Source of the DNA: Candidatus Electrothrix yaqonensis
Lineage (GTDB): Bacteria > Desulfobacterota > Desulfobulbia > Desulfobulbales > Desulfobulbaceae
Direction of reading: 5' to 3'
NCBI GenBank assembly: GCA_047651235.1
Contig: CP178758.1
Span: forward strand, 3,210,001-3,242,000
Length of the DNA stretch: 32,000 bases
Positions 1 through 9,246 of this stretch are shown here, one piece after another. How positions within the stretch are numbered: the first letter of the stretch is position 1; each line of letters starts with the position of its first letter. Under the pieces are notes generated by a model. The model saw only the letters and a list, made by a program, of their open reading frames with translations, was not told where the DNA came from and did no database searches. The translations under genes and the position numbers were made by a program.

Positions 1-245
1 TCTCAGGGCACAGCCGGACTGGACAACAGAGAGAAGGATGAACAGACAGACAGAAATATTTCCGGTGCATGACAGCATAGCTCTTTTCCTTCTCCTTTGC
101 TGAGACTGCCTGAATCCGGCCGACAGGGCGGGCAATAAGGTGACCGGAAATTATTCGCATAATTCCGGCATTCCCACGCTGATTTCATCCTGACAGTTGG
201 TGCCGGATGCCTTTGCTTTTAAAGATGCTTTCAATACGGGCGGAT

Positions 246-1823
246 TCAGCTGTTTTTTTTTTCGCCTTTTTTCGAGGCAGACGGTTTTGTTTTGCGTTCT
301 TCCGGTTCCAAGGTGACCGGCAGGGAAGTTTCTTCTTCCGTTTTTGTTTCGGCCAGCGGTTCAGGGCGGACAGTCACGGTCTTTTTATCAGGAATGGTCA
401 CGGTTGCGTTGACGCTGCTGTATCCTTCTTTATCCGCAGAGACAGTGCAGGTCCCGGTATGCACTTTTAGGCGGAACGGGACATCCGGCGAGGCTATGCC
501 GGAGCTCGATACTTCATCGTTGCAGGCAACAGAGACTATCGTACTGTTCACCGTGGAGAGAATGGCAAGGGGATATGTTGCCTGAACGAGCTGCAGAAAC
601 AGTTCGCTGTCTCCGTTGATTGACACCTCTTTTTCCAGCAGGGCATATCCTTCTTTCTGCGCGGAAATATGGTGGGTGCCTATAGGCAGATTCAGGGTGA
701 GCTGCCGTTTTTCAGCAATATATTCTTTTTCATCCGCAATAACGGTCACATTGTCCGTATTCAATTGGATGGTTAATTCGGGCAGAGGCAGAACAGCCTT
801 CAGGGTGTAATTTCCGGTCAGATGAAAATCCTGTTGAAAAGGAGCGGCTGCCAGCGGGTTGGTGACTTTTACTGTATGGTTTCCTGCCGGTAAAGAGACG
901 GTGACCGGGGTTCCGGCAGTAGTTGTCCCGACCCGGCTGTCGTTGAGCAGGACGGTGCTCTGATCAAGGTTTGCATGGACGGTGAGCAGGCAGTCAGCAG
1001 GCTGCAGGCTGAACGGAAGGACCTGAAAGCTGTCGAGGATGATCTCTTTATCTGCAGGGAGATACCCTGATTTTTCCGCCCGTACGCGGTAGCGCCCGGC
1101 AGGCAGATTGAGGCTGAGGCGGTTACCGGGACTGCGGTATTCCTGTTCTCCTATGGAGATGCTGACATCCTGCACATTGAAGATAAGTTTTAGAACAGCC
1201 GGTTGGTCGCCATCGGAAAGCAGGGAGGGAGAGAGCAGAACGCCTGCGGCACAGGTAATGCACAGAGCGAACAACAGGCAGAAAGATTGAAGCGGAAAGC
1301 GGAAAGTTTTTTGCGGCCTCTCCCTGACATCCTTGACCTCTCTGACAGAGCGGGCAGTTTTTTTTTTCGGCTCAGCCGACCGGCTTTCCAGGCTCTCTAT
1401 TCTGCTGATGCAGTGCAGGTGCTGTTCGGCTGCCGGGCGCAGGCATTCCGGGCAGGAGGCCGGATCAGTCTGCTCAGCATGATCGGTACAGGACTCTGTC
1501 TGATGTCTGCAGGGCGGAAAAACGAGATCTTTTTCCGGAACAAGTCCGTCTTCCGGTGTATCCGGGACAAATTCGAGAAACTCACCCCGTTCCAGATAGA
1601 ATTTTTCCACCAAGGTCGAACAGCTCAGATTTTCCTCCGTATCCGCTGTTATCTCCGTGGTAACTATATATTTATAAGATTCTTTCTGCTCCATATGATG
1701 CGTATGACGATAGAGGGTATCCTGTGCTTTTCCCTCGTTGCATAATGCGTCAAGAACGGGTTGAAGCTGTTCGTCGGGAAAGCTGCTGCCCGGAGCTGAT
1801 TCAGCTGAAAAGAGATTCAACAT
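246..1823 (-). CDS. Membrane-anchored PEGA-domain repeat protein with a Cys-rich cytoplasmic N-terminus, one TM helix and 4-5 PEGA-like repeats
   Basis: 525-aa ORF. Hydrophobic segment FCLLFALCITCAAGVLL. Recurrent PEGA-type motifs: LPAGRYRVRAEKSGY, LPIGTHHISAQKEGY, HTGTCTVSADKEGY, LPAGNHTVKVTNP. Confidence 0.7.
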   Translation of the reverse strand: MLNLFSAESAPGSSFPDEQLQPVLDALCNEGKAQDTLYRHTHHMEQKESYKYIVTTEITADTEENLSCSTLVEKFYLERGEFLEFVPDTPEDGLVPEKDLVFPPCRHQTESCTDHAEQTDPASCPECLRPAAEQHLHCISRIESLESRSAEPKKKTARSVREVKDVRERPQKTFRFPLQSFCLLFALCITCAAGVLLSPSLLSDGDQPAVLKLIFNVQDVSISIGEQEYRSPGNRLSLNLPAGRYRVRAEKSGYLPADKEIILDSFQVLPFSLQPADCLLTVHANLDQSTVLLNDSRVGTTTAGTPVTVSLPAGNHTVKVTNPLAAAPFQQDFHLTGNYTLKAVLPLPELTIQLNTDNVTVIADEKEYIAEKRQLTLNLPIGTHHISAQKEGYALLEKEVSINGDSELFLQLVQATYPLAILSTVNSTIVSVACNDEVSSSGIASPDVPFRLKVHTGTCTVSADKEGYSSVNATVTIPDKKTVTVRPEPLAETKTEEETSLPVTLEPEERKTKPSASKKGEKKNS

Positions 1824-2049
1824 GACGGAAGTCCGACATTCAGTGTTGTGTCGGAGAAGTCAGAGATTTACGGTTGCTGCTGCGATGTCTGCTGTGGACT
1901 TCCAGCCAGTGTACAATGTTTTGATTTTTTCTGAAAGTATTATCAGCCGGATAATCCGAAGCGGAAACAGTCCTGACCAATCCCCCTGCAATCCGCTGCA
2001 GAACCGCCTTGTTCCTTCCCGTATCCTGTCATCACGTCACTATATCCCG

Positions 2050-3054
2050 TCACCATATCCGCCCGCCTGCATAGCCTCCGCCCCTGAGCTGCTCCTGCAC
2101 CATTTTGATTTCCGTATAATCGAGCGGATCAATCCAGCCCGCAATACCGGCCTCCTGCACGGCTCTGTGATCCGGCTGCAGGGATCTGAGCACAGCCGCG
2201 ACCTGATCGGCCAGCTTCTGATCGACAGATGCTGTTCTGGCCAGCGGAAATCCCGGATATAGCTGGAGCAACATAATTTGAATATGCCCACAAGAGGCAT
2301 AAGTTTTGCCTTCACGCCTTTCAGATAGCTGATCCTGTATTCAGTTTATACTGCTCCAGCTATACAGTTCCGTTGAGCAGACATAGGGGAAATCCGAATG
2401 GAATTTCTGTTGCAGAATTTTGAAATCCTCCATTTCTACGGTTCCTGCTGCTGCCATGCGCTCCAGGATACTGGCCGGTACAGTGCCTGCATCAACCCTC
2501 CGCTGCAGGACAGCGCCGACCACAGCCCAGGGCGTATCAAAAAAACGCAGGGTGTGGAGGAAAGGATACGGATCAATCCCGGCATCCCGGAACTCCTTTT
2601 CCGCCATCTGCCAGCCGCCAAAGGACCAGCGCCGCACTGCGCCGAATTTTTTGTTTTCCAGATCGCTCAGGTCATTGACAAGCCGGTTGTCTGCTGCGGT
2701 GAACAGCACGGCACCGATAGAATCGGTCTTAATCAATTTCATGGTCAGCACTTCCACTGCGCCGTGCTGCTCTTTGGCAGTTATGAAGACAGAGGGGTCA
2801 GCGGTAAAAAAATGCACCTTTTCCTGCTCCACGACCGGCAGGACATCCGGGAATTCCAACGGAAGAATGACCACGGGTCTGCCTAATTTTTCCGTAAGAT
2901 ATTCGCCGGTGGCCTCCCAGCGGTGCGTAAAGCCCAACGGCCCGGTCCAGGAGAGAATTCCTATCCGTATTTCTTCGGTTTTCTCCTCTGCAGCCTGACA
3001 GGGCGCAGTAAAGGCGAGCAGCAGAGCAAGTGCTGCCAGAAGTATTCCTTGCAT
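2050..3054 (-). pseudogene. PhnD/SsuA-like periplasmic substrate-binding protein gene, interrupted by a MITE (5' part 2341..3054, 3' part 2050..2257)
   Basis: Signal peptide MQGILLAALALLLAFTAPCQA and a PhnD-like body. ORFs 2341..3054 and 2050..2274 are in the same frame. Removing 105 bp (element plus one TA) joins ...CSTELY to PGFPLARTASVDQKLADQV... without a stop. Confidence 0.75.
2258..2364 (-). mobile_element. MITE copy A: 103-bp element at 2260..2362 flanked by TA/TA
   Basis: It is the exact reverse complement of 23372..23478, 107/107 nt on manual comparison. The 11-bp perfect terminal inverted repeat TAGCTGGAGCA extends imperfectly to about 25 bp. A TA dinucleotide sits on both flanks. 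Confidence 0.85.
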
Positions 3055-3487
3055 ATTTCCTCCTTTTTGTACAGCAAAACATCGACGGAGATACCTTTTG
3101 AATACGTTTTCCGTTTCAGGAGATAAGCAGAACTGCGCCCGGAAAATACGTATTATTAATAATAATTATCGCGCATAAGGCGGTAATGTCAAGGGAAACA
3201 GCAACGAAAAATCTGGTGGCGTAGCATCGCGGCGGGGTACAACGGAATAGGTGATCAGAGAGCTGGGGGGAAGAGCAGGGGGAGAAGGGAAGGTTTGTGT
3301 CTGATTTTTTTCGGATTAATAATGGGCTGCTTTCTGGGGGCTGAGGATTCCGGTTCGGATGCTGCCGTCTGCCTGTCTCCCGCAGATGTCGGCGGATTGA
3401 ACAGTATCTGAACGAAGTTGTGCTTCCCCGTCTTCCTCTTCTGCCCTACAATCAGGCCGCTGCCGACGGGCGCGGAGGAAAAATCCT

Positions 3488-4429
3488 TCAGCATGTGTCC
3501 GTCTCCTCGGCATCATACGGCTCTATATGAACGACAACGTCAAGTACATCTGGCCCCTGCTGAAGGAGGCACTGTTTGACGTCCTCAGAAATTGAATGTC
3601 CTGCGCGGACGGACAACTCCGGGTCCACTAAAATATGCAGATCGACATAGAGACGTGAACCAAATATTCTGGTCCGTATGGCATGGGTATCTTTGACCCC
3701 CTTTACCGTCATGGTCAGGTTCCTGATCTGCTCCTGTGCCCTCAGAGATGCTCCGGCATCACTCAGCTCCTGCAGTGCGGGTACAATAATATCCCACGAT
3801 ACTTTGAGAATAAAGACGGCAATAATTACGGCACCAATCTGATCAACAAATCTCCAGTCCGGATACAGCGCCGCCACCACCACGGCAATCAATGCCGGAA
3901 TGGAACTCAAGGCATCGGAGCGATGATGCCACGCATTGGCCATGACCGCTGTCGATTTCACCAGTTTTCCCACATGAGCTGTCCACTGGTAAAGCGCCTC
4001 CTTAGCAAGGATTGACAGAATTGGGCCGATAACAGCCACCCATCCGATCTCTCCGATATGGTCATCATGGATTGTCAGAACCGAATTATACCCCAAGCCC
4101 ACCGCGACACTCACGAGTGCCAAGCCGATAGCTACAGTGACAAGCGCTTCGATCCGTTGATGGCCATAAGGATGGTCCTTATCCGGGGGAGCTGACCAGA
4201 ACCGGACGCCTAAAATTACGGCAATATCTGTGCTCATGTCAGAAAGGCTATGGACGGCATCTGCGATCACAGCCTGACTGGCTCCTAAAAAACCGACGAG
4301 AAATTTTATGCCTGCTAAACTGACATTGACCGCCATCCCGCCCCATGTGACTTTCCGTATCAGGCCGATCTGCTGAGGCGACATATTCTGTCTACAGGAC
4401 ATCAGCTCCGGCGAGGATAATCCATTCAC
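3488..4429 (-). CDS. Cation diffusion facilitator (CDF) family metal efflux transporter
   Basis: 313-aa ORF with multiple TM helices. CDF signature HSLSDMSTDIAVILG...DKDHPYGHQRIEAL and a C-terminal cytoplasmic domain. The GTG start overlaps the upstream stop (GTGA); an internal ATG start is also possible. Confidence 0.85.
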   Translation of the reverse strand: MNGLSSPELMSCRQNMSPQQIGLIRKVTWGGMAVNVSLAGIKFLVGFLGASQAVIADAVHSLSDMSTDIAVILGVRFWSAPPDKDHPYGHQRIEALVTVAIGLALVSVAVGLGYNSVLTIHDDHIGEIGWVAVIGPILSILAKEALYQWTAHVGKLVKSTAVMANAWHHRSDALSSIPALIAVVVAALYPDWRFVDQIGAVIIAVFILKVSWDIIVPALQELSDAGASLRAQEQIRNLTMTVKGVKDTHAIRTRIFGSRLYVDLHILVDPELSVRAGHSISEDVKQCLLQQGPDVLDVVVHIEPYDAEETDTC

Positions 4430-5436
4430 ATTAACCCCGATAAAAAATTATTTACGCATTGCCCAAGAACATCGACATTATATCCGCCTTCCTGGCACAC
4501 CAATGTCGGGACACCCAGGGCCTTAAACTGCTGACCTATAGAAATATAGTCCTCTGTATTAATTGTAAATCCGCCAATAGGATCGTCTCTATGGGTATCA
4601 AACCCAGCGGAAATAATTAAAAAGGAAGGGTTAAATTCCTTTATTTTGCTGATTATTCTGTCAACAGCCCCGCTATATTGTTCTATTTCTGTCTCCTTGG
4701 GCAACGGTTCATTATGATTGCTACCAACAGCCTGACCTTTTCCTTTTTCGTCATCATATCCCCAAAAATAGGGGTATTCATTGGTAGGATCGCAATGAAT
4801 TGAAGCAGTAAAAACCGATTTAACTTCATCAAAAAATTCTTGCGTTCCATTACCGTGATGATAATCGATATCTACAATAGCAACTCTCCCTTCCGGCAAT
4901 AAATACTCCGCAGCAACAGCTGCATTATTGAAATAACAATACCCGCCAAAGACACGGGGCCCGGCATGATGTCCTGAAGGTCGACACAAGGCATAGACTA
5001 TTTTTTCCTGCCCAGTGCGGAGTAATTCTGCACCTGTCAGCGCGGTTTCAGCAGAAGCACGGGCCACCTCGTATGTCTTTATTTTTATGGGCGTCACGGC
5101 ATCTGTACACCATATACCGCCCCAAAGCGGCGAATCCACTTTTCTCCTGAGATTTGCGTTCTCCCCAGGAAAAAGGTCAGGATAAAATTCTTCATCATCA
5201 TCTTTTAATCCTGAAGCTGTATTCAGAATATAATCGTGGTACGGATGCAACCGTGCAATAAAGCGTTCGGGAAATTGTTGTGCCGTTATAAAATCAAAGC
5301 GGTCGTTAGAACGAAGGGCTTTTTTAATAGCTTCAACACGAAGAGGGGTATCCTTAACTTCATATGTTTCCGGCCCAAGCTGATACTTCCAATACGGATT
5401 ATGCAGACTGTCGTTATACTTTTCTATGACTTTCAT
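4426..5436 (-). CDS. Histone deacetylase-family (acetylpolyamine/acetoin-type) amidohydrolase
   Basis: Motifs RPSGHHA, VDIDYHHGNGTQEFF, SAGFDTHRDDP and QEGGYN. The RBS GGGGAG lies in the tail of the upstream gene. Confidence 0.9.
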   Translation of the reverse strand: MKVIEKYNDSLHNPYWKYQLGPETYEVKDTPLRVEAIKKALRSNDRFDFITAQQFPERFIARLHPYHDYILNTASGLKDDDEEFYPDLFPGENANLRRKVDSPLWGGIWCTDAVTPIKIKTYEVARASAETALTGAELLRTGQEKIVYALCRPSGHHAGPRVFGGYCYFNNAAVAAEYLLPEGRVAIVDIDYHHGNGTQEFFDEVKSVFTASIHCDPTNEYPYFWGYDDEKGKGQAVGSNHNEPLPKETEIEQYSGAVDRIISKIKEFNPSFLIISAGFDTHRDDPIGGFTINTEDYISIGQQFKALGVPTLVCQEGGYNVDVLGQCVNNFLSGLM

Positions 5437-5440
5437 AAAG

Positions 5441-7579
5441 TTACTCCCCTTTATTCAACAATTCAAGAATACGTTGATGAGGAACCGGCGGGCACCAGCG
5501 CTGTTCACGCCCATTCATTCCATTGGAACAGAATATGGCATTTATCACCGCCTCTTCAGTGGCCTCGACGACAGCTTCATACACCATATCAATGTAATTA
5601 TCTGAGATCAATTTCAAGGTGATAAAGTTACTTTTGGAAGTATTCACCCGGGGCTTGCGGTTACCGGTACTGAAAGCAAGAATAATCTCCCCACTGGTTG
5701 CAGCGGCGTAGGAACCCGTACGCCCGAGGCCCAGGGCCGCTCGTTTGGCAACCCGATTAAGCTGACTGGTGATCAGTGGAATATCTGTAGCAACAACAAC
5801 AATGATTGAACCGTCTGATGCCGCACGACGTCCTGATTGATCAAATTCCCTGTCAAGCGTTCTCCCGACAACACCGCCGTCAATGGTCAGATTGCGCATT
5901 TTCCCGAAATTGGAAAGCACAAGAACACCGACTGTAAATGCCTTGCCTTCCGACACATTGATAATACGTGACGAGGTTCCGATGCCTCCGGCAAAATCAA
6001 AACTTGTCATGCCTGTGCCAGCTCCTATTGATCCTTGTTTCACCGGACCAGAAGATGCTGATTCAATCGCTTTCACAGCATCCTGGGTCGAACATATGCC
6101 TACCCGGACATCATTTAAAAAAGAATCGTCAGCCTCTCCGACAACCGGCAGAACCACGTCGGTTTCTGTACCGAGTCGCGGATACTTTTTCAACATATGG
6201 TTGACGACACCGGCATGAACCCGGCCCACAGAATGTGAGTTGGTTAACAGTATCGGCGTTTCCAGCCAACCGGTTTCAGTCACCTGTGTTAACCCCGCCA
6301 TTTCACCGACGCCGTTTAATATAAAACCGCCTGCCGCAATTCTATTCGCGTAGGTCCGCCCGGCAGGCATAATTGCCGTAACACCGGTACGGATAGTGCT
6401 CTTCTCTGTTTGACCGGGGAGCTGAACATCATCTTTAAATCGTGAAACATGACCGACACGAACACCTTTCACATCTGTAATTGCATTATGTACTCCAGGA
6501 GTCATCCAGCCGATTTGAATGCCCAGCTCCCTTGCACCAGGACGTGGATTTTCAAAGGCAATATCAGCCTGTTTCGTTTGCTTAGCAGATCTGATCGGAA
6601 TACCATATCGGCGGGCGGCTGAACGTATCACTAAACGCAGCGCATCCCGAAATTCAAGTCCGCGCGATCGGGCAGCGGTCATAAGCGAGGCATCCGGATG
6701 AAGGCTCGGCAAAGGATTTAATTCAATAAAATAAGGCGTTCCGTTTGTATGTAATCGAATATCAACCCGCCCTACATCAGGACAGGACATGATATCAAAA
6801 ACTTCCCGAGCCATCTTGGTCACTGCTTTTTCTTCTTCAGCATTGATATTGGCAGGGCAGACAACTTTGACTGATTCAGCAGCGTCCCCGCCTTGTTTCA
6901 TATCATAATCATAAATATTATATTTCCCTCCGATCTTATTGAGATCAAAGGTATGTTCAACTACGTCGAGCAGTTTTCCCGGATAACTTTCAAGAAAGGG
7001 AATACTGAGTTCTCGGCCTCCGATATATTCTTCAACAACAAGTCCGGCAGGATAATGATCTAAAAGACGATTTATCCTAGTCAAGGCACGTTCTCTGGTG
7101 TCGGCAACGGAATCCTGGGTAATTCCTTTACTTGATCCCTCTGAATTGGGTTTAATCATCAATGGATATTGCAGATCATCGGGCAGATTGAAATCCCTAC
7201 CTGTAATTAAAATACCTTTTGGCACACTGATTCCATGATTAGATAAAACGGTTTTGGCGAGATGTTTATCAAGATTGAGATGCAGCAGAGAAGCATTTCC
7301 GCCTGTAAACGGAATCCCCATCTGCTCGTATAATCCGGGATAAAAGGCCTCCCTTGAACTTCCGATTGTTCCTTCTGCCAGATTGAAAATAAGATCAGGT
7401 TCGCTTTCAATCAGGCGTTCAATGACCTCATTGGGCTTCCCGGACACCTCTACCACTGTCACCGAGTGGTGAAGACTGCTGATCGCCTCATATATTCTAT
7501 TTATATCTGCGTCAGTAAGAAGTTCAGCTGTTGCTTCTGTATTATCTGTCCGAAGGTTGTATGCAATGGTGATTCTCAT
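5441..7579 (-). CDS. Fusion protein: N-terminal D-Ala-D-Ala-ligase-like ATP-grasp domain plus C-terminal DmpA/S58 (P1) aminopeptidase-like domain
   Basis: 712-aa ORF. Residues 1 to about 335 are Ddl-like (KPNSEGSSKGI, GRVDIRL...YFIELNPLPSL). Residues from about 350 to 712 are DmpA-like (ITDVKGVRVGH, TGVTAIMP, GGIGTSS, VVVATD). AGGAG RBS before the ATG at 7579. Confidence 0.8.
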   Translation of the reverse strand: MRITIAYNLRTDNTEATAELLTDADINRIYEAISSLHHSVTVVEVSGKPNEVIERLIESEPDLIFNLAEGTIGSSREAFYPGLYEQMGIPFTGGNASLLHLNLDKHLAKTVLSNHGISVPKGILITGRDFNLPDDLQYPLMIKPNSEGSSKGITQDSVADTRERALTRINRLLDHYPAGLVVEEYIGGRELSIPFLESYPGKLLDVVEHTFDLNKIGGKYNIYDYDMKQGGDAAESVKVVCPANINAEEEKAVTKMAREVFDIMSCPDVGRVDIRLHTNGTPYFIELNPLPSLHPDASLMTAARSRGLEFRDALRLVIRSAARRYGIPIRSAKQTKQADIAFENPRPGARELGIQIGWMTPGVHNAITDVKGVRVGHVSRFKDDVQLPGQTEKSTIRTGVTAIMPAGRTYANRIAAGGFILNGVGEMAGLTQVTETGWLETPILLTNSHSVGRVHAGVVNHMLKKYPRLGTETDVVLPVVGEADDSFLNDVRVGICSTQDAVKAIESASSGPVKQGSIGAGTGMTSFDFAGGIGTSSRIINVSEGKAFTVGVLVLSNFGKMRNLTIDGGVVGRTLDREFDQSGRRAASDGSIIVVVATDIPLITSQLNRVAKRAALGLGRTGSYAAATSGEIILAFSTGNRKPRVNTSKSNFITLKLISDNYIDMVYEAVVEATEEAVINAIFCSNGMNGREQRWCPPVPHQRILELLNKGE

Positions 7580-7663
7580 AAAATGATCTCCTGTTTTTTA
7601 TTTCCCTTGAACAGTATCAGCTGTCCCTGTCCCGCTGTCCGCTTTCATTGCTCGTAAGCAACT

Positions 7664-8809
7664 CTATCTGCCAGGACTCAGCCGAAGCAAACGTCCCCCT
7701 TTTCCATCCTCCAAAGCCCAAATTGCCCCATTTGGTCCTTGCTCAACCTCCCGGATTCGCTCGCCCATATCAAAGCGTTCGACCTCTTCTGCTTGCTGCC
7801 CCTCAAGTCTCATCCGCACCAATGATTGCGAGCGTAAGCCACCGAGAAAGGCATTTCCCTGCCAGTCAGGAAACAGCGTCCCAGAATATATGATCAGACC
7901 GGAGGGCGCGACAGTGGGTACCCAGTAGGCTTCGGGCGCATGGAATTCAGGACGGGTATCATGATCAGGAATAGAGAAACCAGAGTATTGATTCCCCCAT
8001 GAGACAAGAGGCCAGCCGTAATTATCGCCAGCAATAATCAGATTAAATTCATCACCGTGCCTGGGGCCCATTTCATGGGTCCAGAGCTGCCCCTGCTTAT
8101 CAAATGCAATCCCCAGCAGATTGCGATGTCCGAGAGTCCAGAAGGTTTTGGCAAGCTCACCCTTATCCTGAAAAGGATTATCAGACGGCACCGACCCGTC
8201 CGCATGTACCCTGATTATCTTGCCAAGATTCTGTGTCCAGCTCTGCGCAGGCTCCTGCTTCTGTCGTTCTCCGGAGGTAATAAAGAGCATTCCAGCTGGA
8301 CCAAAGGCCAAACGATGCGAGTAATGTCCTTTTCCAGACACCTTGGGTTCTTGCCGCCAGATGACTTCCAGATTTTTCAGTTCGGGATTGTTTGCTGTAG
8401 GGCGAAACTGCGCCCGAGCAACAGCGGCGCCCCTGTTCCCAGAGGTATCCTCCTCTGCATAGGAAAGATAGACCAGGTGATTTTCCTTGTAGTCAGGATG
8501 GAGAATGATGTCTCCCAAACCGCCCTGACCACCATAAGCCACCGTAGGTACGCCCAGAACCGGCACCTTGGGTCGATCATGCATTTGGAAAAGGAGCAGG
8601 GTTCCTGGTTTTTCCGTGATCAGAAGATCTCCTGAAGGTAAAAAGGTCATGGCCCAGGGTTCATTAAAGGCACCAAAGCTCTCGGCCTGGAGCTTGGAAC
8701 CTGCATTGCCTTTAATCGGTTTATCAAGCGTCTTGTGAATAGGCTCAGAGCAGGCGTTGCTGGAAAGCAAGATCAATAACAGAGGGAGGATTTCCTTTAA
8801 AATAGACAT
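7664..8809 (-). CDS. PQQ-dependent soluble sugar (aldose) dehydrogenase, YliI/sorbosone dehydrogenase family
   Basis: 381-aa ORF with an N-terminal signal sequence. Motifs [25 protein letters not shown] and PSGLIIY, typical of the beta-propeller family. Confidence 0.85.
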   Translation of the reverse strand: MSILKEILPLLLILLSSNACSEPIHKTLDKPIKGNAGSKLQAESFGAFNEPWAMTFLPSGDLLITEKPGTLLLFQMHDRPKVPVLGVPTVAYGGQGGLGDIILHPDYKENHLVYLSYAEEDTSGNRGAAVARAQFRPTANNPELKNLEVIWRQEPKVSGKGHYSHRLAFGPAGMLFITSGERQKQEPAQSWTQNLGKIIRVHADGSVPSDNPFQDKGELAKTFWTLGHRNLLGIAFDKQGQLWTHEMGPRHGDEFNLIIAGDNYGWPLVSWGNQYSGFSIPDHDTRPEFHAPEAYWVPTVAPSGLIIYSGTLFPDWQGNAFLGGLRSQSLVRMRLEGQQAEEVERFDMGERIREVEQGPNGAIWALEDGKGGRLLRLSPGR

Positions 8810-8886
8810 AGTTCTTTGCAGGAAAAGGGTATGGGTTTATGCTGCCCATTATCAGACCGTTTTTAGGGTGATATCATATTATGCGT

Positions 8887-8993
8887 TATTAACTGATGTT
8901 ACGTAGCCGAAACGCAAAATCGGCAGATTCCACGTTTTGGGTGTCTCGTTCCTTACTGATCTTTTATTTGCGTACGGTAACATCAGTTATTAA
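8887..8993. repeat. Roughly 107-bp intergenic element bounded by an imperfect 20-bp inverted repeat (MITE-like)
   Basis: Left arm TTATTAACTGATGTTACGTA (8887-8906). Right arm TACGGTAACATCAGTTATTAA (8973-8993). 13 nt (TAACTGATGTTAC) are perfectly complementary. Inner hairpin GCCGA-N9-TCGGC. Confidence 0.5.
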
Positions 8994-9002
8994 GGAGCAA
9001 GT

Positions 9003-9213
9003 CTAATTTTTAGGATACTTCGGAATGTTGCCGGTCAAGGTGACAGTCAGAGGGGCGATGCCCTTGGTCAGGTCTGCCGTGAAGTTTGGCGACTGCCGCT
9101 GCAGTCAGAGCCGGGGTTTCCCGGAGCTTCTCACCGGTTGCGGCGTCAAAGGCAAAGGTCTGCATAGTGGTGAATCCGTCCACCCCACCGGTCACATAGA
9201 CTGAGTCCGATGA
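9003..9213 (-). pseudogene. Decayed remnant of a beta-propeller/PKD-domain protein, frameshifted and 3'-truncated
   Basis: One frame reads SVYVTGGVDGFTTMQTFAFDAATGEKL...TPALTAAAVAK. After a shift near 9085 it reads FTADLTKGIAPLTVTLTGN, a PKD-domain start motif. It stops at 9003, next to the inverted-repeat element. Confidence 0.35.
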
Positions 9214-9246
9214 CTATAAACTCTACCGGAAGAATGTCAATTCTCT

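Noticed and set aside
3-188. 61-aa Cys-rich ORF downstream of the PEGA gene
   Set aside because: No recognisable motif and no clear RBS. It cannot be separated from chance at this length.
1822-2315. ORFs 1822..2262(+), 2040..2315(-) and 2050..2274(-) as independent genes
   Set aside because: The entry 2050..2274 is the displaced 3' end of the PhnD-like gene. The entry 2040..2315 starts inside the MITE and reads out of frame. The entry 1822..2262 is antisense with no motifs.
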